From Burkholderiaceae bacterium (GTDB taxonomy: Bacteria > Pseudomonadota > Gammaproteobacteria > Burkholderiales > Burkholderiaceae): a DNA stretch of 64,000 nucleotides. The notes under the pieces were generated by a model, which did not search any database, had not been told where the DNA came from, and worked only from the letters and a program-made list of their open reading frames with translations. Of this stretch, positions 29,306-39,860 are shown one piece after another (positions within the stretch are counted from its first letter, which is position 1; the number at the start of each line of letters is the position of its first letter). Where the stretch lies: NCBI GenBank assembly GCA_947448625.1, contig CANFOT010000002.1, positions 27,809-91,808 on the forward strand, read 5' to 3'. The position numbers and the translations under genes were made by a program.

Positions 29306-31096
29306 ATGGCTAAGCAAATTATTCTTGTTCCAGATATTGGCGACTACTCCGATGTGCCGGTTATTGAAGTGCTTATCAAAGTGGGTGATGTCATTGAGAA
29401 AGAACAACCATTACTTGTCCTAGAATCTGACAAGGCAACGATGGAAGTTCCTGCTGATTCAGCGGGAACTGTTCTGAGCATTTCCGTCAAGGCTGGCGAC
29501 AAAGTTAGCAAGGGCAGTGTTGTTGCTGAAATCGAAGCTGGGGTGTCAGCCGCTCCTCAAGCTTCTGCACCTGTGGCATCCTCAACTCCAACACCTGCTC
29601 CTATGTCAGCTCCTGCTATCAGCGCACCGATCGCCGGTCAATATAGCGGTAAGGTTGATCATGAGTGTGAAGTGCTCGTGCTAGGCGCGGGCCCTGGTGG
29701 TTATAGCGCCGCATTCCGAAGTGCTGATTTGGGTATGAGTACCATTTTGGTAGAGCGCTATTCAACATTAGGCGGCGTTTGCTTAAACGTGGGTTGTATT
29801 CCTTCCAAAGCTTTGCTGCATACGACTGCAGTAATGGATGAAGTAAAGACGATGTCTAAGCATGGCATCAGTTATGGCGCCCCAAAAATTGAGATTGACC
29901 AGTTGCGTGGCTATAAAGATTCAGTGATTGCTAAGTTAACGGGTGGGCTGGCTGGTATGGCTAAAGCGCGCAAAGTTACCGTAGTGCGCGGATTAGGCCG
30001 TTTCTTGGATGCGAATCACGTTGAAGTCGAGCTGACTCAGGGCGATGCTCAAGATCTAGCGGGTAAAAAAGAAGTCATCCGCTTTCAGAAAGCAATCATT
30101 GCCGCAGGAAGTCAGCCAGTTAAGTTGCCCTTCCTGCCTGAGGACCCACGTATTGTGGATAGTACTGGCGCGTTATTGCTTAAGAGTATTCCAAAGCGGA
30201 TGTTGGTAATTGGTGGCGGTATTATTGGTTTGGAGATGGCTACCGTTTATAGCACCTTAGGTTCCCGGATTGATATCGCTGAAATGATGGATGGTCTAAT
30301 GGCGGGTGCAGATCGAGATTTAGAAAAGGTTTGGGAGAAATTTAATGCCGGCCGTTTCGAAAAGATCATGCTCAAGACTCGTGCCTCTAAAGCGGAAGTG
30401 AAGGATGTCGGAATTCAGGTGAGTTTTGAAGGTGAGAGTGCTCCATCTGAGCCGCAAACCTATGATCTCGTGTTGGTTGCAGTTGGGCGCACGCCGAATG
30501 GCAAGAAGATTGACGCATCTTCTGCGGGGGTTATCGTGGACGAGCGTGGCTTTATCCCCGTCGACAATCAAATGCGTACTAACGTGAATAATATCTTTGC
30601 TATCGGGGATATTGTTGGTCAACCAATGCTTGCTCATAAAGCAGTGCATGAAGGTCATGTTGCTGCTGAAGTCGCTGCTGGTGAAAAATCCTATTTTGAT
30701 GCTAAGCAAATACCATCTGTTGCATACACTGATCCAGAAGTAGCTTGGGCAGGCTTGACAGAAGAGCAATGTAAAGCCAAGGGAATTGCTTATGAGAAGG
30801 GTCTATTCCCATGGGCTGCTAGCGGTAGGGCAATTGCCAATGGGCGTGACGAGGGTTTCACTAAACTTATTTTTGATGCTACAAGTAAACGTATTATTGG
30901 TGGCGGAATCGTTGGTACACATGCTGGCGATTTAATTGGCGAAGTGTGTCTTGCGATTGAGATGGGTGCTGATGCTATTGATATCGGAAAAACCATTCAT
31001 CCGCATCCAACCTTGGGTGAATCCGTTGGTTTAGCTGCTGAGGCTGCTCATGGCCACTGCACTGATTTGCCTCCAGTGAAAAAGAAGGCGCATTAA
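29306..31096 (+). CDS. lpdA: Dihydrolipoamide dehydrogenase E3 with N-terminal lipoyl domain
   Basis: ESDKA lipoyl domain, GAGPGG, CLNVGC, HPHPT. Confidence 0.97.
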   Translation: MAKQIILVPDIGDYSDVPVIEVLIKVGDVIEKEQPLLVLESDKATMEVPADSAGTVLSISVKAGDKVSKGSVVAEIEAGVSAAPQASAPVASSTPTPAPMSAPAISAPIAGQYSGKVDHECEVLVLGAGPGGYSAAFRSADLGMSTILVERYSTLGGVCLNVGCIPSKALLHTTAVMDEVKTMSKHGISYGAPKIEIDQLRGYKDSVIAKLTGGLAGMAKARKVTVVRGLGRFLDANHVEVELTQGDAQDLAGKKEVIRFQKAIIAAGSQPVKLPFLPEDPRIVDSTGALLLKSIPKRMLVIGGGIIGLEMATVYSTLGSRIDIAEMMDGLMAGADRDLEKVWEKFNAGRFEKIMLKTRASKAEVKDVGIQVSFEGESAPSEPQTYDLVLVAVGRTPNGKKIDASSAGVIVDERGFIPVDNQMRTNVNNIFAIGDIVGQPMLAHKAVHEGHVAAEVAAGEKSYFDAKQIPSVAYTDPEVAWAGLTEEQCKAKGIAYEKGLFPWAASGRAIANGRDEGFTKLIFDATSKRIIGGGIVGTHAGDLIGEVCLAIEMGADAIDIGKTIHPHPTLGESVGLAAEAAHGHCTDLPPVKKKAH

Positions 31097-31122
31097 AAAG
31101 CATCTTTCTCATATTCTGGATA

Positions 31123-31153
31123 AGAAAAAGCCCCGATCTCTCGGGGCTTTTCT
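31123..31153. terminator. Bidirectional intrinsic terminator between lpdA and phaP
   Basis: AGAAAAAGCCCCGA-TCTC-TCGGGGCTTTTCT. Confidence 0.9.
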
Positions 31154-31198
31154 ATTGCTGCGTATCGCAAAAATAATCATGTTGCAACTTGATGGACA

Positions 31199-31765
31199 TT
31201 AATTTTTCTTGCTCGTTTTGCTGGCTGGCTTGGCAGCTGTTTTGATGCTCTTTTCAACAGAGCTAGTCGCATTGCTTAGATTGGTTTGAGCTACTTCAAC
31301 GGCATGTTTGACAGCCTTTTGACTTGTTTCAAAAACGTTAGTAGCTGAAGCGATTGCTTGTTTCATCGCATTTACTGCAGCATCCGATCCCGCTGGTGCA
31401 TTTTTTGTCCAATCCTCTACCAAGGCATTAATTTTTTTTTGCCCAGCTTGGAATTCTTTCTCTGCAGACTTGGTGAAGCTTTCTTGAGTCTCATGAGCCA
31501 ACTCATAAAGATGTCGGCTATAAGCCATAATTTTTTCAGCCATGGGCTGGACTGCCTCGGCTTGATGGGCGAGGAGCTGCTGAATATCTTTGACTTCTAA
31601 AGCCTTCTTAGCGCTACTCATGCTTTCCCCCAAACTTTGCTTGGCAATATGCATATTTAACTCAACCAATTTCTCGATGCTCTGAAGCGCTTGATTAGTT
31701 AGCCCACTCAAAGTCTCTAAATTGGCTTTTTGTGCTGCCGCGATTTGTTCTGGCGTTAAGTTCAT
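31199..31765 (-). CDS. phaP: Phasin (PHA granule-associated protein)
   Basis: LTPEQIAAAQKANLETL...EKLVELN...KNAPAGSDAAV, typical of Cupriavidus/Burkholderia PhaP1. Confidence 0.93.
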   Translation of the reverse strand: MNLTPEQIAAAQKANLETLSGLTNQALQSIEKLVELNMHIAKQSLGESMSSAKKALEVKDIQQLLAHQAEAVQPMAEKIMAYSRHLYELAHETQESFTKSAEKEFQAGQKKINALVEDWTKNAPAGSDAAVNAMKQAIASATNVFETSQKAVKHAVEVAQTNLSNATSSVEKSIKTAAKPASKTSKKN

Positions 31766-31968
31766 TTGCATCCCTTTATGGTGGACTATATTTCATCGCT
31801 CACTATGAGCTTTATTTTGGCATTGTCAATTTATTTATGCACCCTTTTGTAGCATTTATGATGCAGTGCAATATATACAAAGAAGTGCCTAGAGTAGAGC
31901 TCATGCTATCCAAATAGGCCTAAAATTGACAGTTAAATAAAAAACCCCACATTTTCAATAAGTTATCC

Positions 31969-32856
31969 ATGAGATTGAAGCTTGACAGCCTAATTGCACC
32001 ATTATTCGTATTAATTTGGAGTACTGGTTTCGTTATTGCCCGTTTAGCAATGCCATATGTGGAACCTGCCACCTTCTTACTTTGGCGGTTTGCAGGGGTT
32101 TTAGTGGCCATGGCATGCCTCAGTCTCGTTTGGAAAATTAGCTGGCCAAGCTGGCCTCAAATCAAGCACATTGCTGTGGCAGGAGTGTTGCTGCAGTTTG
32201 GTTATCTACTGGGTGTCTGGTTTGCTGTTCGCCTAGGTATGACTGCTGGTTTGGTTGCGATTATCGTTGGTTTGCAGCCCATCATAACGGCCTGGTTTGC
32301 CGCCTGGATTTCTGAAAAAGTGACTGGCCGGCAGTGGATTGGGCTGTGCTTTGGGTTTGCTGGTGTAGCCCTAGTGGTTGTAGAAAAAATTGGTTTTGCT
32401 CATATCCCCTTGTTTAGTTATATTCTCGCTTTTGCCGCCTTGCTATCCATTACTTTTGGCACCCTCTATCAAAAGAAGTTTTGTCCTGTATTTGACCTTC
32501 GCGCTGGGTCGTCGATTCAGTTTGGCGTATCAACAGTGCTTTGTTTCATCTGCATGTATTACTTTGAGTCTGGGGTTATGGTTTGGAATGCCCCTGTTGT
32601 GGGAGCTTTGCTTTGGGCAATTTTCCCACTGTCGATTGGCTCAATCAGCCTGCTCTTTATGATGATTCGTAAAGGAGCGGCAACCAAGGTAACAAGTCTC
32701 TTATATTTGACTCCACCAACAACTGCAGTAATGGCATGGCTCTTGTTTGATGAGCCCTTTACATTGATGATGGCTGGAGGCTTATTGCTCACCATGACTG
32801 GGGTGGTTCTAGTGAATCGCGGGCAAAAAATCGCTGTCGCTACGATTGCTGAATAA
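31969..32856 (+). CDS. DMT/EamA family transporter
   Basis: About 10 TM segments; IWSTGF, LQP, GAATKVTSLLYLTPP. Confidence 0.92.
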   Translation: MRLKLDSLIAPLFVLIWSTGFVIARLAMPYVEPATFLLWRFAGVLVAMACLSLVWKISWPSWPQIKHIAVAGVLLQFGYLLGVWFAVRLGMTAGLVAIIVGLQPIITAWFAAWISEKVTGRQWIGLCFGFAGVALVVVEKIGFAHIPLFSYILAFAALLSITFGTLYQKKFCPVFDLRAGSSIQFGVSTVLCFICMYYFESGVMVWNAPVVGALLWAIFPLSIGSISLLFMMIRKGAATKVTSLLYLTPPTTAVMAWLLFDEPFTLMMAGGLLLTMTGVVLVNRGQKIAVATIAE

Positions 32857-32932
32857 GTTCGTAATAAATTCAGCTTAGAGACAAAAGTTATTTATCATTC
32901 GGTATGTTAAAAGTTTTGGAAGGTATCTTGGG

Positions 32933-33961
32933 ATGTGTTTGAATCGAATTTGGCTTATCGCAGTTGTTGGTCTAGTGTCATTTGGCGCTGCCACTTCTTT
33001 TCAGGTAAGTGCAGCCAATAAAGATTCGCAGCCAGTAAAGCAGAATAAGACACCCCTAAAAACAGAGCCTAAGAAAGCGGCAAAATCTTCCAAGAAGCCT
33101 AAGGTAGTTCGGACAACCGTTACACGTTCTAGTGAGCCTGTAGTTGAGGCTCGACCCTCATTTGCCACAGCGCTTGGCTTGCGTGGTCAACATGATGAGT
33201 TGAATCTGAAGTCTAGTGTTGCCATGGTTGTTAATCAAGATACTAAAGAAGTCTATTTTGAAAAAAATTCTGCGGTGAGTTTGCCGATCGCTTCCATCAC
33301 AAAGCTGATGACTGCAATGGTGGTACTCGACTCCAAGTTGCCGCTCGATGAGACTATTGCCATTAATGCAGATGATGTTCATATCTATCGAACCTCACGC
33401 CTTGCTGGTGGCACAGTGCTGACCCGGGAAGAGGCATTGTTGTTGGCCCTCATGTCCTCTGAGAATCGTGCTGCATATACCCTTGGTCGAAATTACCCGG
33501 GCGGTATTCCGGCTTTTGTCGATGCCATGAATCGCAAGGCAAAGGAGATTGGGATGACGCATTCTCATTTTGCAGATCCCACCGGCTTAATGAGTGAGAA
33601 TGTTGCATCTGCTGAAGATCTCACGCGCATGTTGAGTGCTGCCTACCAATACAAAATGATTCGTGAGTTTTCTACCTGGCCTGATCTGACGATGGTGATT
33701 GCTAAACGCCCGCAGAAGTTCTTGAATACCAATCGCTTAGTTCGCGCTGGTGACATGAATATCGGTTTACAAAAAACCGGCTTTATTAATGCAGCAGGTA
33801 AATGCTTAGTTATGCAAGCAAGGGTTAATAACACCCCATTGTTATTGGTTTTCCTGGACTCAGTTGGAACGCAATCGCGTTTTGCTGATGCGGTGAGGGT
33901 ACGTGATTGGTATGAGCGCATGCCATCGGGTGAGCCCCATGCAATTCGTCGTTTAATGTAG
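32933..33961 (+). CDS. pbpG: D-alanyl-D-alanine endopeptidase (PBP7, peptidase S11)
   Basis: ASITKLMT (SxxK), SEN, KTG motifs; signal peptide. Confidence 0.9.
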   Translation: MCLNRIWLIAVVGLVSFGAATSFQVSAANKDSQPVKQNKTPLKTEPKKAAKSSKKPKVVRTTVTRSSEPVVEARPSFATALGLRGQHDELNLKSSVAMVVNQDTKEVYFEKNSAVSLPIASITKLMTAMVVLDSKLPLDETIAINADDVHIYRTSRLAGGTVLTREEALLLALMSSENRAAYTLGRNYPGGIPAFVDAMNRKAKEIGMTHSHFADPTGLMSENVASAEDLTRMLSAAYQYKMIREFSTWPDLTMVIAKRPQKFLNTNRLVRAGDMNIGLQKTGFINAAGKCLVMQARVNNTPLLLVFLDSVGTQSRFADAVRVRDWYERMPSGEPHAIRRLM

Positions 33962-33988
33962 GAATTACATTCCGACATCTAAACAGTT

Positions 33989-34807
33989 TTAGGAATTAGA
34001 CTCGCTGATCTTGGGTTTGTAACCCATTCCTTTGGATATCTGGAGCGCTGTATCCCGCAAAAGTTTTAACCAGTCTGCTTGAATGCGATCGGTAGGGGAG
34101 CTCAATGAGAGGCCGGCTACTAATTTGCCGCTGTCATCAAAAATCTCAGCAGCCACACAACTGACGCCTAGCTCTAGCTCTTCATTGTCACGCGCATGAC
34201 CTAGTTTACGCACTTGATTGAGTTCCGAATCTAGCTTTCCTAGTTCGGTAATGCTATTTCTAGTATGCCCAGCTAAGCCTGTACGCGTCACATAAGCTCG
34301 AACTTGGCCTGGGTCATCACTTGCCAGAAATAATTTACCAACCGATGTGAGGTGGAGTGGTGCTCTGCCACCAATGGCGCGAACAACCTGCATGCCTGAG
34401 CGCTCACTATAGGCGCGGTCAATGTAGACGATTTCATCACCTTGGCGAACGGATAAATTGATGGTTTCACCGGTGAGTTTATGCAAGGCCCTCATTGGAC
34501 CTTGTGCTGCCTCACGAACAGATAAACGCGCCTTTACTAAATTGCCCAGCTCTAGCAACTTCAGGCCGAGTCGATAAGTACCGCCATCGCCACGCTCCAC
34601 CAAGCGACAGGCTACCAAGTCATTCAGGATGCGGTGTGCTGTAGAGGGGTGTAAATCAGTTTCTTCTGCAAGGTTTTTAAGGCTGCTAGACTCCTCGTGA
34701 ATGGCTAAGGCATCGAGCAGGCTCATCATGCGCTCAATTACCTGAATGGCTGTTTTGCCAGCCTCACCAGGTGCTTTTGGCATTTTTTCGGGTTTGCTCG
34801 TTGTCAT
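33989..34807 (-). CDS. IclR-family transcriptional regulator
   Basis: IQVIER...LHPSTAHRIL HTH; LHLTSVGKLFL; DNEELELGVSCVA. Confidence 0.95.
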   Translation of the reverse strand: MTTSKPEKMPKAPGEAGKTAIQVIERMMSLLDALAIHEESSSLKNLAEETDLHPSTAHRILNDLVACRLVERGDGGTYRLGLKLLELGNLVKARLSVREAAQGPMRALHKLTGETINLSVRQGDEIVYIDRAYSERSGMQVVRAIGGRAPLHLTSVGKLFLASDDPGQVRAYVTRTGLAGHTRNSITELGKLDSELNQVRKLGHARDNEELELGVSCVAAEIFDDSGKLVAGLSLSSPTDRIQADWLKLLRDTALQISKGMGYKPKISESNS

Positions 34808-34894
34808 TCTGTCAATTGTAGCGATTTTTGCTGAAATTGCACAATATGAAATTGCAAGACAAGGCTAAAAAAGCGTCCTACAGGCACTAAATAA

Positions 34895-35926
34895 TTACTT
34901 TTTCAGTGCAGCAGCACACTCCGCAATCAGTTTGGGGCCGCGATAAATTAAGCCGCTATAGAGTTGTACTAGGTTGGCGCCAGCAGACACTTTTTCTTGG
35001 GCGTCTTTGCCGGACAGGATGCCGCCAACACCAATAATGGGGATAGCATCGCCTAAATATTCCTTCAGACTCTTCACTACTTTAGTTGAAGCTAGTCGCA
35101 CTGGGGAGCCAGAGAGACCGCCAGCTTCTTGTCCAAACTCGAGCCCTTGAACAGCATCGCAGGCAATAGTTGTATTGGTGGCAATGATTGCATCAATCTT
35201 AAACTCCAGCAAAAGATCGGCAATGAGCTTGATATCGTTTTGATCTAAATCTGGTGCAATCTTTAAAAAGAGCGGTTTGCGAACACCATGCTGATCGCTC
35301 AGTGCCTCCCGCGCTAAATGCAGTGAGCCAAGCAAAGAGCGCAGCATGTCTTCGCCCTGAAGGGCACGTAAATTTTGTGTATTAGGCGATGAGATGTTGA
35401 CCGTGATGTAGGAGGCAACTTCGTAGACTGCTTCCATTGCGGTGACGTAATCACTCGCAGCATTCTCGATAGGGGTGCTGGCATTCTTGCCAATATTTAA
35501 ACCAACGATACCGCCGTTCTGCCAATAGGCAGAATTTCGCACGCGCTGAACACAGGCATCCACACCATCATTATTAAAGCCCATACGATTAATAATTGCT
35601 TGAGCTTGCGGTAAGCGAAACATGCGGGGCTTGGGATTGCCAGGTTGTGGTTTTGGTGTAACGGTGCCAATTTCTAAAAAGCCGAATCCCAAACCACCAA
35701 GCGCATCAATATGCTTGCCATCTTTATCCAAGCCGGCGGCAAGGCCAACTGGATTTGGAAAGGTAATGCCGCACAGAGTGCGTGGATCGAGAGCGGGTTG
35801 ATCGATCAAGCAACGCAATACACCCCAGCGCTGCGCGCGATCTAAATTGCTAAGAGTAAGGTTGTGGGCTTGCTCTGGGTCTAAAGAAAAAAGCCAGGGG
35901 CGTAGAAGGGGGTAGCTATCGATCAT
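34895..35926 (-). CDS. pyrD: Dihydroorotate dehydrogenase (quinone)
   Basis: [33 protein letters not shown]. Confidence 0.98.
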   Translation of the reverse strand: MIDSYPLLRPWLFSLDPEQAHNLTLSNLDRAQRWGVLRCLIDQPALDPRTLCGITFPNPVGLAAGLDKDGKHIDALGGLGFGFLEIGTVTPKPQPGNPKPRMFRLPQAQAIINRMGFNNDGVDACVQRVRNSAYWQNGGIVGLNIGKNASTPIENAASDYVTAMEAVYEVASYITVNISSPNTQNLRALQGEDMLRSLLGSLHLAREALSDQHGVRKPLFLKIAPDLDQNDIKLIADLLLEFKIDAIIATNTTIACDAVQGLEFGQEAGGLSGSPVRLASTKVVKSLKEYLGDAIPIIGVGGILSGKDAQEKVSAGANLVQLYSGLIYRGPKLIAECAAALKK

Positions 35927-35934
35927 GGGTTGTA

Positions 35935-36681
35935 TTATGGCCCAATGATGGGCTGCCAGTGATCATCAATCAAGCCTTCAATGGGTTGAAACTTGGCCTT
36001 ATAGGACATTTTTTCACTATTCTCAATGTAATAACCGAGATAGAGGTAAGAGAGGTCGAGCTCCAAAGCCTGTTGAATTTGCCACAGAATGCTGAAGCTG
36101 CCATAGCTTGCAGAGGGGTTGCTGGTATCAAAGAAGGTGTAAACGGAAGAGACACCTTGATCCAAGACATCAATCATGCTGACCATGCGCAGGCACCCCG
36201 GATTTGGATCGCTTGGACCATCTCGAAATTCAATAATTCTGGAATTCACTCGGCTTTGCAGTAGAAACTGCATGTATTGATCTTGGCTATCCTGGTCCAT
36301 CTCGCCGCCAGAATGACGCTCATTTTGGTAGCGTTGATAAAGCTGATAGTGTTCCTCTTGGTAGCCTAGATTGAGAATACGAATATCTAGCCCGGCATGT
36401 TTTTTCCAGGAGCGCTTTTGACTGCGGTTGGGTAAAAAGTGTTGCACCGGAATGCGCGTGGCGGTACAGGCATTGCATTCATCGCAATACGGTCTATAGG
36501 TATACAAACCACTACGACGAAATCCTGCATTAACTAATTCGCCATATAAATCAGCATGTATTAAATGGGAGGGCGTCGCCACTTGGGAGCGTGCAATCTT
36601 CCCTGGTAGATAGCTACAGGGATAGGGCGCTGTTGCGTAAAACTGGAGTTCCGTTAAAGGAAGTTCGTTTAGTTGGGTCAT
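35935..36681 (-). CDS. bpt: Arginyltransferase-like Asp/Glu leucyltransferase (Bpt/Ate)
   Basis: [38 protein letters not shown]. Confidence 0.92.
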   Translation of the reverse strand: MTQLNELPLTELQFYATAPYPCSYLPGKIARSQVATPSHLIHADLYGELVNAGFRRSGLYTYRPYCDECNACTATRIPVQHFLPNRSQKRSWKKHAGLDIRILNLGYQEEHYQLYQRYQNERHSGGEMDQDSQDQYMQFLLQSRVNSRIIEFRDGPSDPNPGCLRMVSMIDVLDQGVSSVYTFFDTSNPSASYGSFSILWQIQQALELDLSYLYLGYYIENSEKMSYKAKFQPIEGLIDDHWQPIIGP

Positions 36682-37415
36682 AGCCAGTGACGCAGAATCT
36701 CTTTATCAAATTTCCAAGGTATCTCTATATTAGTTTGCTTTAGGGTAATTTGCAGGCGCGTTAAAAATTCATTTCTAGAAATCGGTGCAGCTCCCAGAGA
36801 GTTAAGGTGCGCAGTCTCTTGCTGGCAATCAATCATTTCTACCTGATGCTGTTTGCACCAAGCTGTAAGAGCAGCCAGGGCAATTTTGGAGGCGTCGGTT
36901 TGATGACTAAACATCGATTCACCAAAAACCATCCCGCCAAATGCTACGCAATAAAGGCCGCCAATCAGGCGCCCATTCTCTTTGACTGCAATGCTATGGG
37001 CATGATCTTGCTCATGAAGTTGGGTATAGGCATCCATGATTTCATGGGTGATCCAGGTGCCATCTTGATCTCTTCTTCGGGCGGTTGCGCAGGATCGAAC
37101 GACTGCACCAAAATCATGATCAACCAGAATTTGTTTTTGAGGGTCTGCTAAAAAATGACGAATCGTTTTCTTTAAGGAGTCATGGCATTTAAATTTGCTA
37201 GGTTTTAGTACCATTCGAGGATTCGGGGACCACCACAAAACGGGCTGATTATCTGAGTACCAAGGAAAGATGCCCATTTGGTACGCTCGAGCTAACTGTC
37301 CGGGGTAAATGCGCTCACTCACAGCAATCAAACCGGGCACAGTCGGATCTGGATCCGGAAAATGAATGGGATTCGGAAATTCATCCTGAGATCCCAGCCA
37401 ATTAATATTACTCAT
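36678..37415 (-). CDS. aat: Leucyl/phenylalanyl-tRNA--protein transferase (start 37415)
   Basis: [40 protein letters not shown]. Confidence 0.95.
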   Translation of the reverse strand: MSNINWLGSQDEFPNPIHFPDPDPTVPGLIAVSERIYPGQLARAYQMGIFPWYSDNQPVLWWSPNPRMVLKPSKFKCHDSLKKTIRHFLADPQKQILVDHDFGAVVRSCATARRRDQDGTWITHEIMDAYTQLHEQDHAHSIAVKENGRLIGGLYCVAFGGMVFGESMFSHQTDASKIALAALTAWCKQHQVEMIDCQQETAHLNSLGAAPISRNEFLTRLQITLKQTNIEIPWKFDKEILRHWL

Positions 37416-37428
37416 GCGCTTGTGATGT

Positions 37429-37989
37429 CTAGATTTTTTCTGTTGGCAAAATATCTCTACTGCGAACACTAAATTCACCGCCGGAAGCAAATACGCCTGC
37501 AGCACGATCAGCAAAAAACCATTCTAGAGTTTGCTTGACCGTCGGGAAGGCAATCTCAGTCCAAGGTATATCTTGCTCATTAAACAAGGCAACCTCTAAA
37601 CTTTCTTCTCCGGCATGAAAGTCTGGTGAACTCATTGAGGCCAGATAAAAAAGATGAACTTGTTCTGCATGGGGCACATTCAGTAGAGAGTAGAGTGGGC
37701 CAATCTCAACAATGGCTCCAGCTTCCTCTTGTGTCTCTCGAGCTGCACCACTAGAGGTGCTTTCTCCAAGCTCCATAAATCCGGCCGGCAAGGTCCAATA
37801 ACCATGTCGTGGCTCTATGGCGCGTCGACACAATAAAATTTCATCGCGATAGACTGGAATGCTACCAACCACATTACGTGGATTGAAATAATGAATACTT
37901 CCACAAGAGTCGCACACATGGCGTTCCCGCGAATCATCCACAGGAATTTTGATGCTAATAGGCGCTGCACAGTGGGAGCAAAACTTCAT
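37429..37989 (-). CDS. NUDIX hydrolase with N-terminal Zn ribbon
   Basis: CSHC/CDSC; Nudix box GFMELGESTSSGAARETQEEAG. Confidence 0.93.
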   Translation of the reverse strand: MKFCSHCAAPISIKIPVDDSRERHVCDSCGSIHYFNPRNVVGSIPVYRDEILLCRRAIEPRHGYWTLPAGFMELGESTSSGAARETQEEAGAIVEIGPLYSLLNVPHAEQVHLFYLASMSSPDFHAGEESLEVALFNEQDIPWTEIAFPTVKQTLEWFFADRAAGVFASGGEFSVRSRDILPTEKI

Positions 37990-37998
37990 CCGAACTTT

Positions 37999-39825
37999 CT
38001 AAAAATGGGCGGGGATAAGACCGCGTAAGGCATTGCTAAGCATAATCTCTTTCGCATTGCGAAGATCGTCAATAGTCAGGTTCGCCTCATGGGCATTCCA
38101 TCGCGGATCATTCAGCACTATTGATCGCATTACACCGGGTAGTAGGCCGGCGCAAACGGGTGGTGTAAGCCAGCGATCCCCGGATTTGATGAATACACTA
38201 GATCTGCCGCCTTCAGTAACGAAACCCTGCTCATTGGTGAAAAGAGCATCAAAGCCATCAAGCTCCTCTGCTAGTTTCCAAGCTTGATCATAGAGATTCC
38301 GACTGCTCACTTTGTGCCTCAATAAAACATTGCCAGAGTAAAGAGTGGCTTTGCTGGGATCGGGGAGAATGTCGCTTGCCCAAAATATCTTGACTGACTT
38401 TGGCAGCGGGCCAATGGGAGCAATTGTGCAACTCGGTTTACCTGTGTGATCTAGATCTAATCGCAATCGATGTTCGGTATCGCTAGGGCACTTTGCGCAG
38501 CCCATCTCAATAAGCTTGATGATGTCCACCAAGGGGTAGGGAATACCAAGCGCTAGAGCAGAATTAGCTAAACGCGCTAAGTGAAGTGGTAGGTGTTGAG
38601 TATGGCCTTGACTGACCAAGATGGTTTCAAATAAACCTAGCTCACTGGGTAGCTTGCTCAAGAAGGCCGCCTTGATTTGACACTCCTCCCATTCTTGCCC
38701 AGCCTCTGAATCAATCGTAATGCCGGCACCTATTCCTAGGGTAAGGGTTGAAGCATGCGTTTCTATATCTCGGTCAATTTCTAAGGTGCGAATAGGAACA
38801 CTAAAAGCAAAGTCTCCATTGGGGTCTATCCAGCCTATTGCCCCACAATAGTAAGCGCGATCTTGAGGCTCCAATTCATGGATGATTTCCATGCTGCGCT
38901 TCTTGGGTGCACCAGTAACGGACCCGCAGGGAAAGACAGCATTCAGTACATCTCTTAATTCAATTCCTGGCTGTATTTCAGCCTGTACTGTAGATGTCAT
39001 CTGCAGTACATCGCCGTACCTGTTGACTTCAAACAGCTCGGGAACGGTGACGGTTCCTGGCAAAGCCAGTTTACCCAGATCGTTGCGCAATAAATCAACG
39101 ATCATGACATTTTCAGCTTGGTTTTTACTGTCTGCTGCTAACTGTTCAGCCGAATCGTTTAATGCGCTGGCTGTCCCTTTCATAGGCATCGCTTTTAAAG
39201 TATTGCCTTGCTTCTGGATAAATAACTCAGGCGATTGGGACAGAATACAGTTTGAGTCTTCCGCAATAAACGCACCAAATCTGCCGGGTTGACGATCTCT
39301 TAAGCGAGCATACAGAGCGATTGGGTCGCCGTAATTCTGTCCCGTAATTCGAAAGGTATGATTGATCTGGTAGGTGTCGCCATTGCGGATGTACTCTTGA
39401 ATGGTTTGGATATCAGAGGTGAACTGCTTCTCATTGATAGAGAAACTCAGATTGCTTACGCCAGCAATTTGACAATCAGGATCCAAGGACGAAATTCTGT
39501 CCTTAATAAAGCGATCCACATTCCCCTTGCTTAGGCTCTCATAGGATTTGAAAGACCAGGCCTGAACTAAGGGGTGGCTTTTGTTTTCACTATCCACGCG
39601 CAGATCAATGTGATGAATATACTGCCCATATTCATAAGCAAAGGCGGCGACAACAAATTCACCTTGGGAAAGGGCTTTCTTGATGTCAAGAAGGCATTGA
39701 TCGATTGCGGCAACAGTCTTTGAGCGGCTTGACTGTGGATAGACAGTCCAGCATTGAAGCGCGTGTTCGTAGAGTCGACTGCTAGGCTTTGCCTGAGTAC
39801 TCTGGGCATCGTCTAGCAATATCAT
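37999..39825 (-). CDS. pabB: Fused aminodeoxychorismate synthase component I / ADC lyase (PabB-PabC)
   Basis: GDTYQIN, SPELF, PMKGT, AENVMIVDLLRNDL, GSVTGAPK, then a class-IV aminotransferase domain (LFET, HLARL, LLPGVMR, SNALRG). Confidence 0.9.
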   Translation of the reverse strand: MILLDDAQSTQAKPSSRLYEHALQCWTVYPQSSRSKTVAAIDQCLLDIKKALSQGEFVVAAFAYEYGQYIHHIDLRVDSENKSHPLVQAWSFKSYESLSKGNVDRFIKDRISSLDPDCQIAGVSNLSFSINEKQFTSDIQTIQEYIRNGDTYQINHTFRITGQNYGDPIALYARLRDRQPGRFGAFIAEDSNCILSQSPELFIQKQGNTLKAMPMKGTASALNDSAEQLAADSKNQAENVMIVDLLRNDLGKLALPGTVTVPELFEVNRYGDVLQMTSTVQAEIQPGIELRDVLNAVFPCGSVTGAPKKRSMEIIHELEPQDRAYYCGAIGWIDPNGDFAFSVPIRTLEIDRDIETHASTLTLGIGAGITIDSEAGQEWEECQIKAAFLSKLPSELGLFETILVSQGHTQHLPLHLARLANSALALGIPYPLVDIIKLIEMGCAKCPSDTEHRLRLDLDHTGKPSCTIAPIGPLPKSVKIFWASDILPDPSKATLYSGNVLLRHKVSSRNLYDQAWKLAEELDGFDALFTNEQGFVTEGGRSSVFIKSGDRWLTPPVCAGLLPGVMRSIVLNDPRWNAHEANLTIDDLRNAKEIMLSNALRGLIPAHF

Positions 39826-39860
39826 TTTTTAATGACTGATCTCAAATAATCTAGTTTGAG

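Noticed and set aside
37416-37514. ORF-track N-terminal extensions of aat (likewise hbd, GST, sdhA, trpF, ppiA, rarA)
   Set aside because: They overlap upstream genes and lack homologous-looking sequence; downstream starts fit better.
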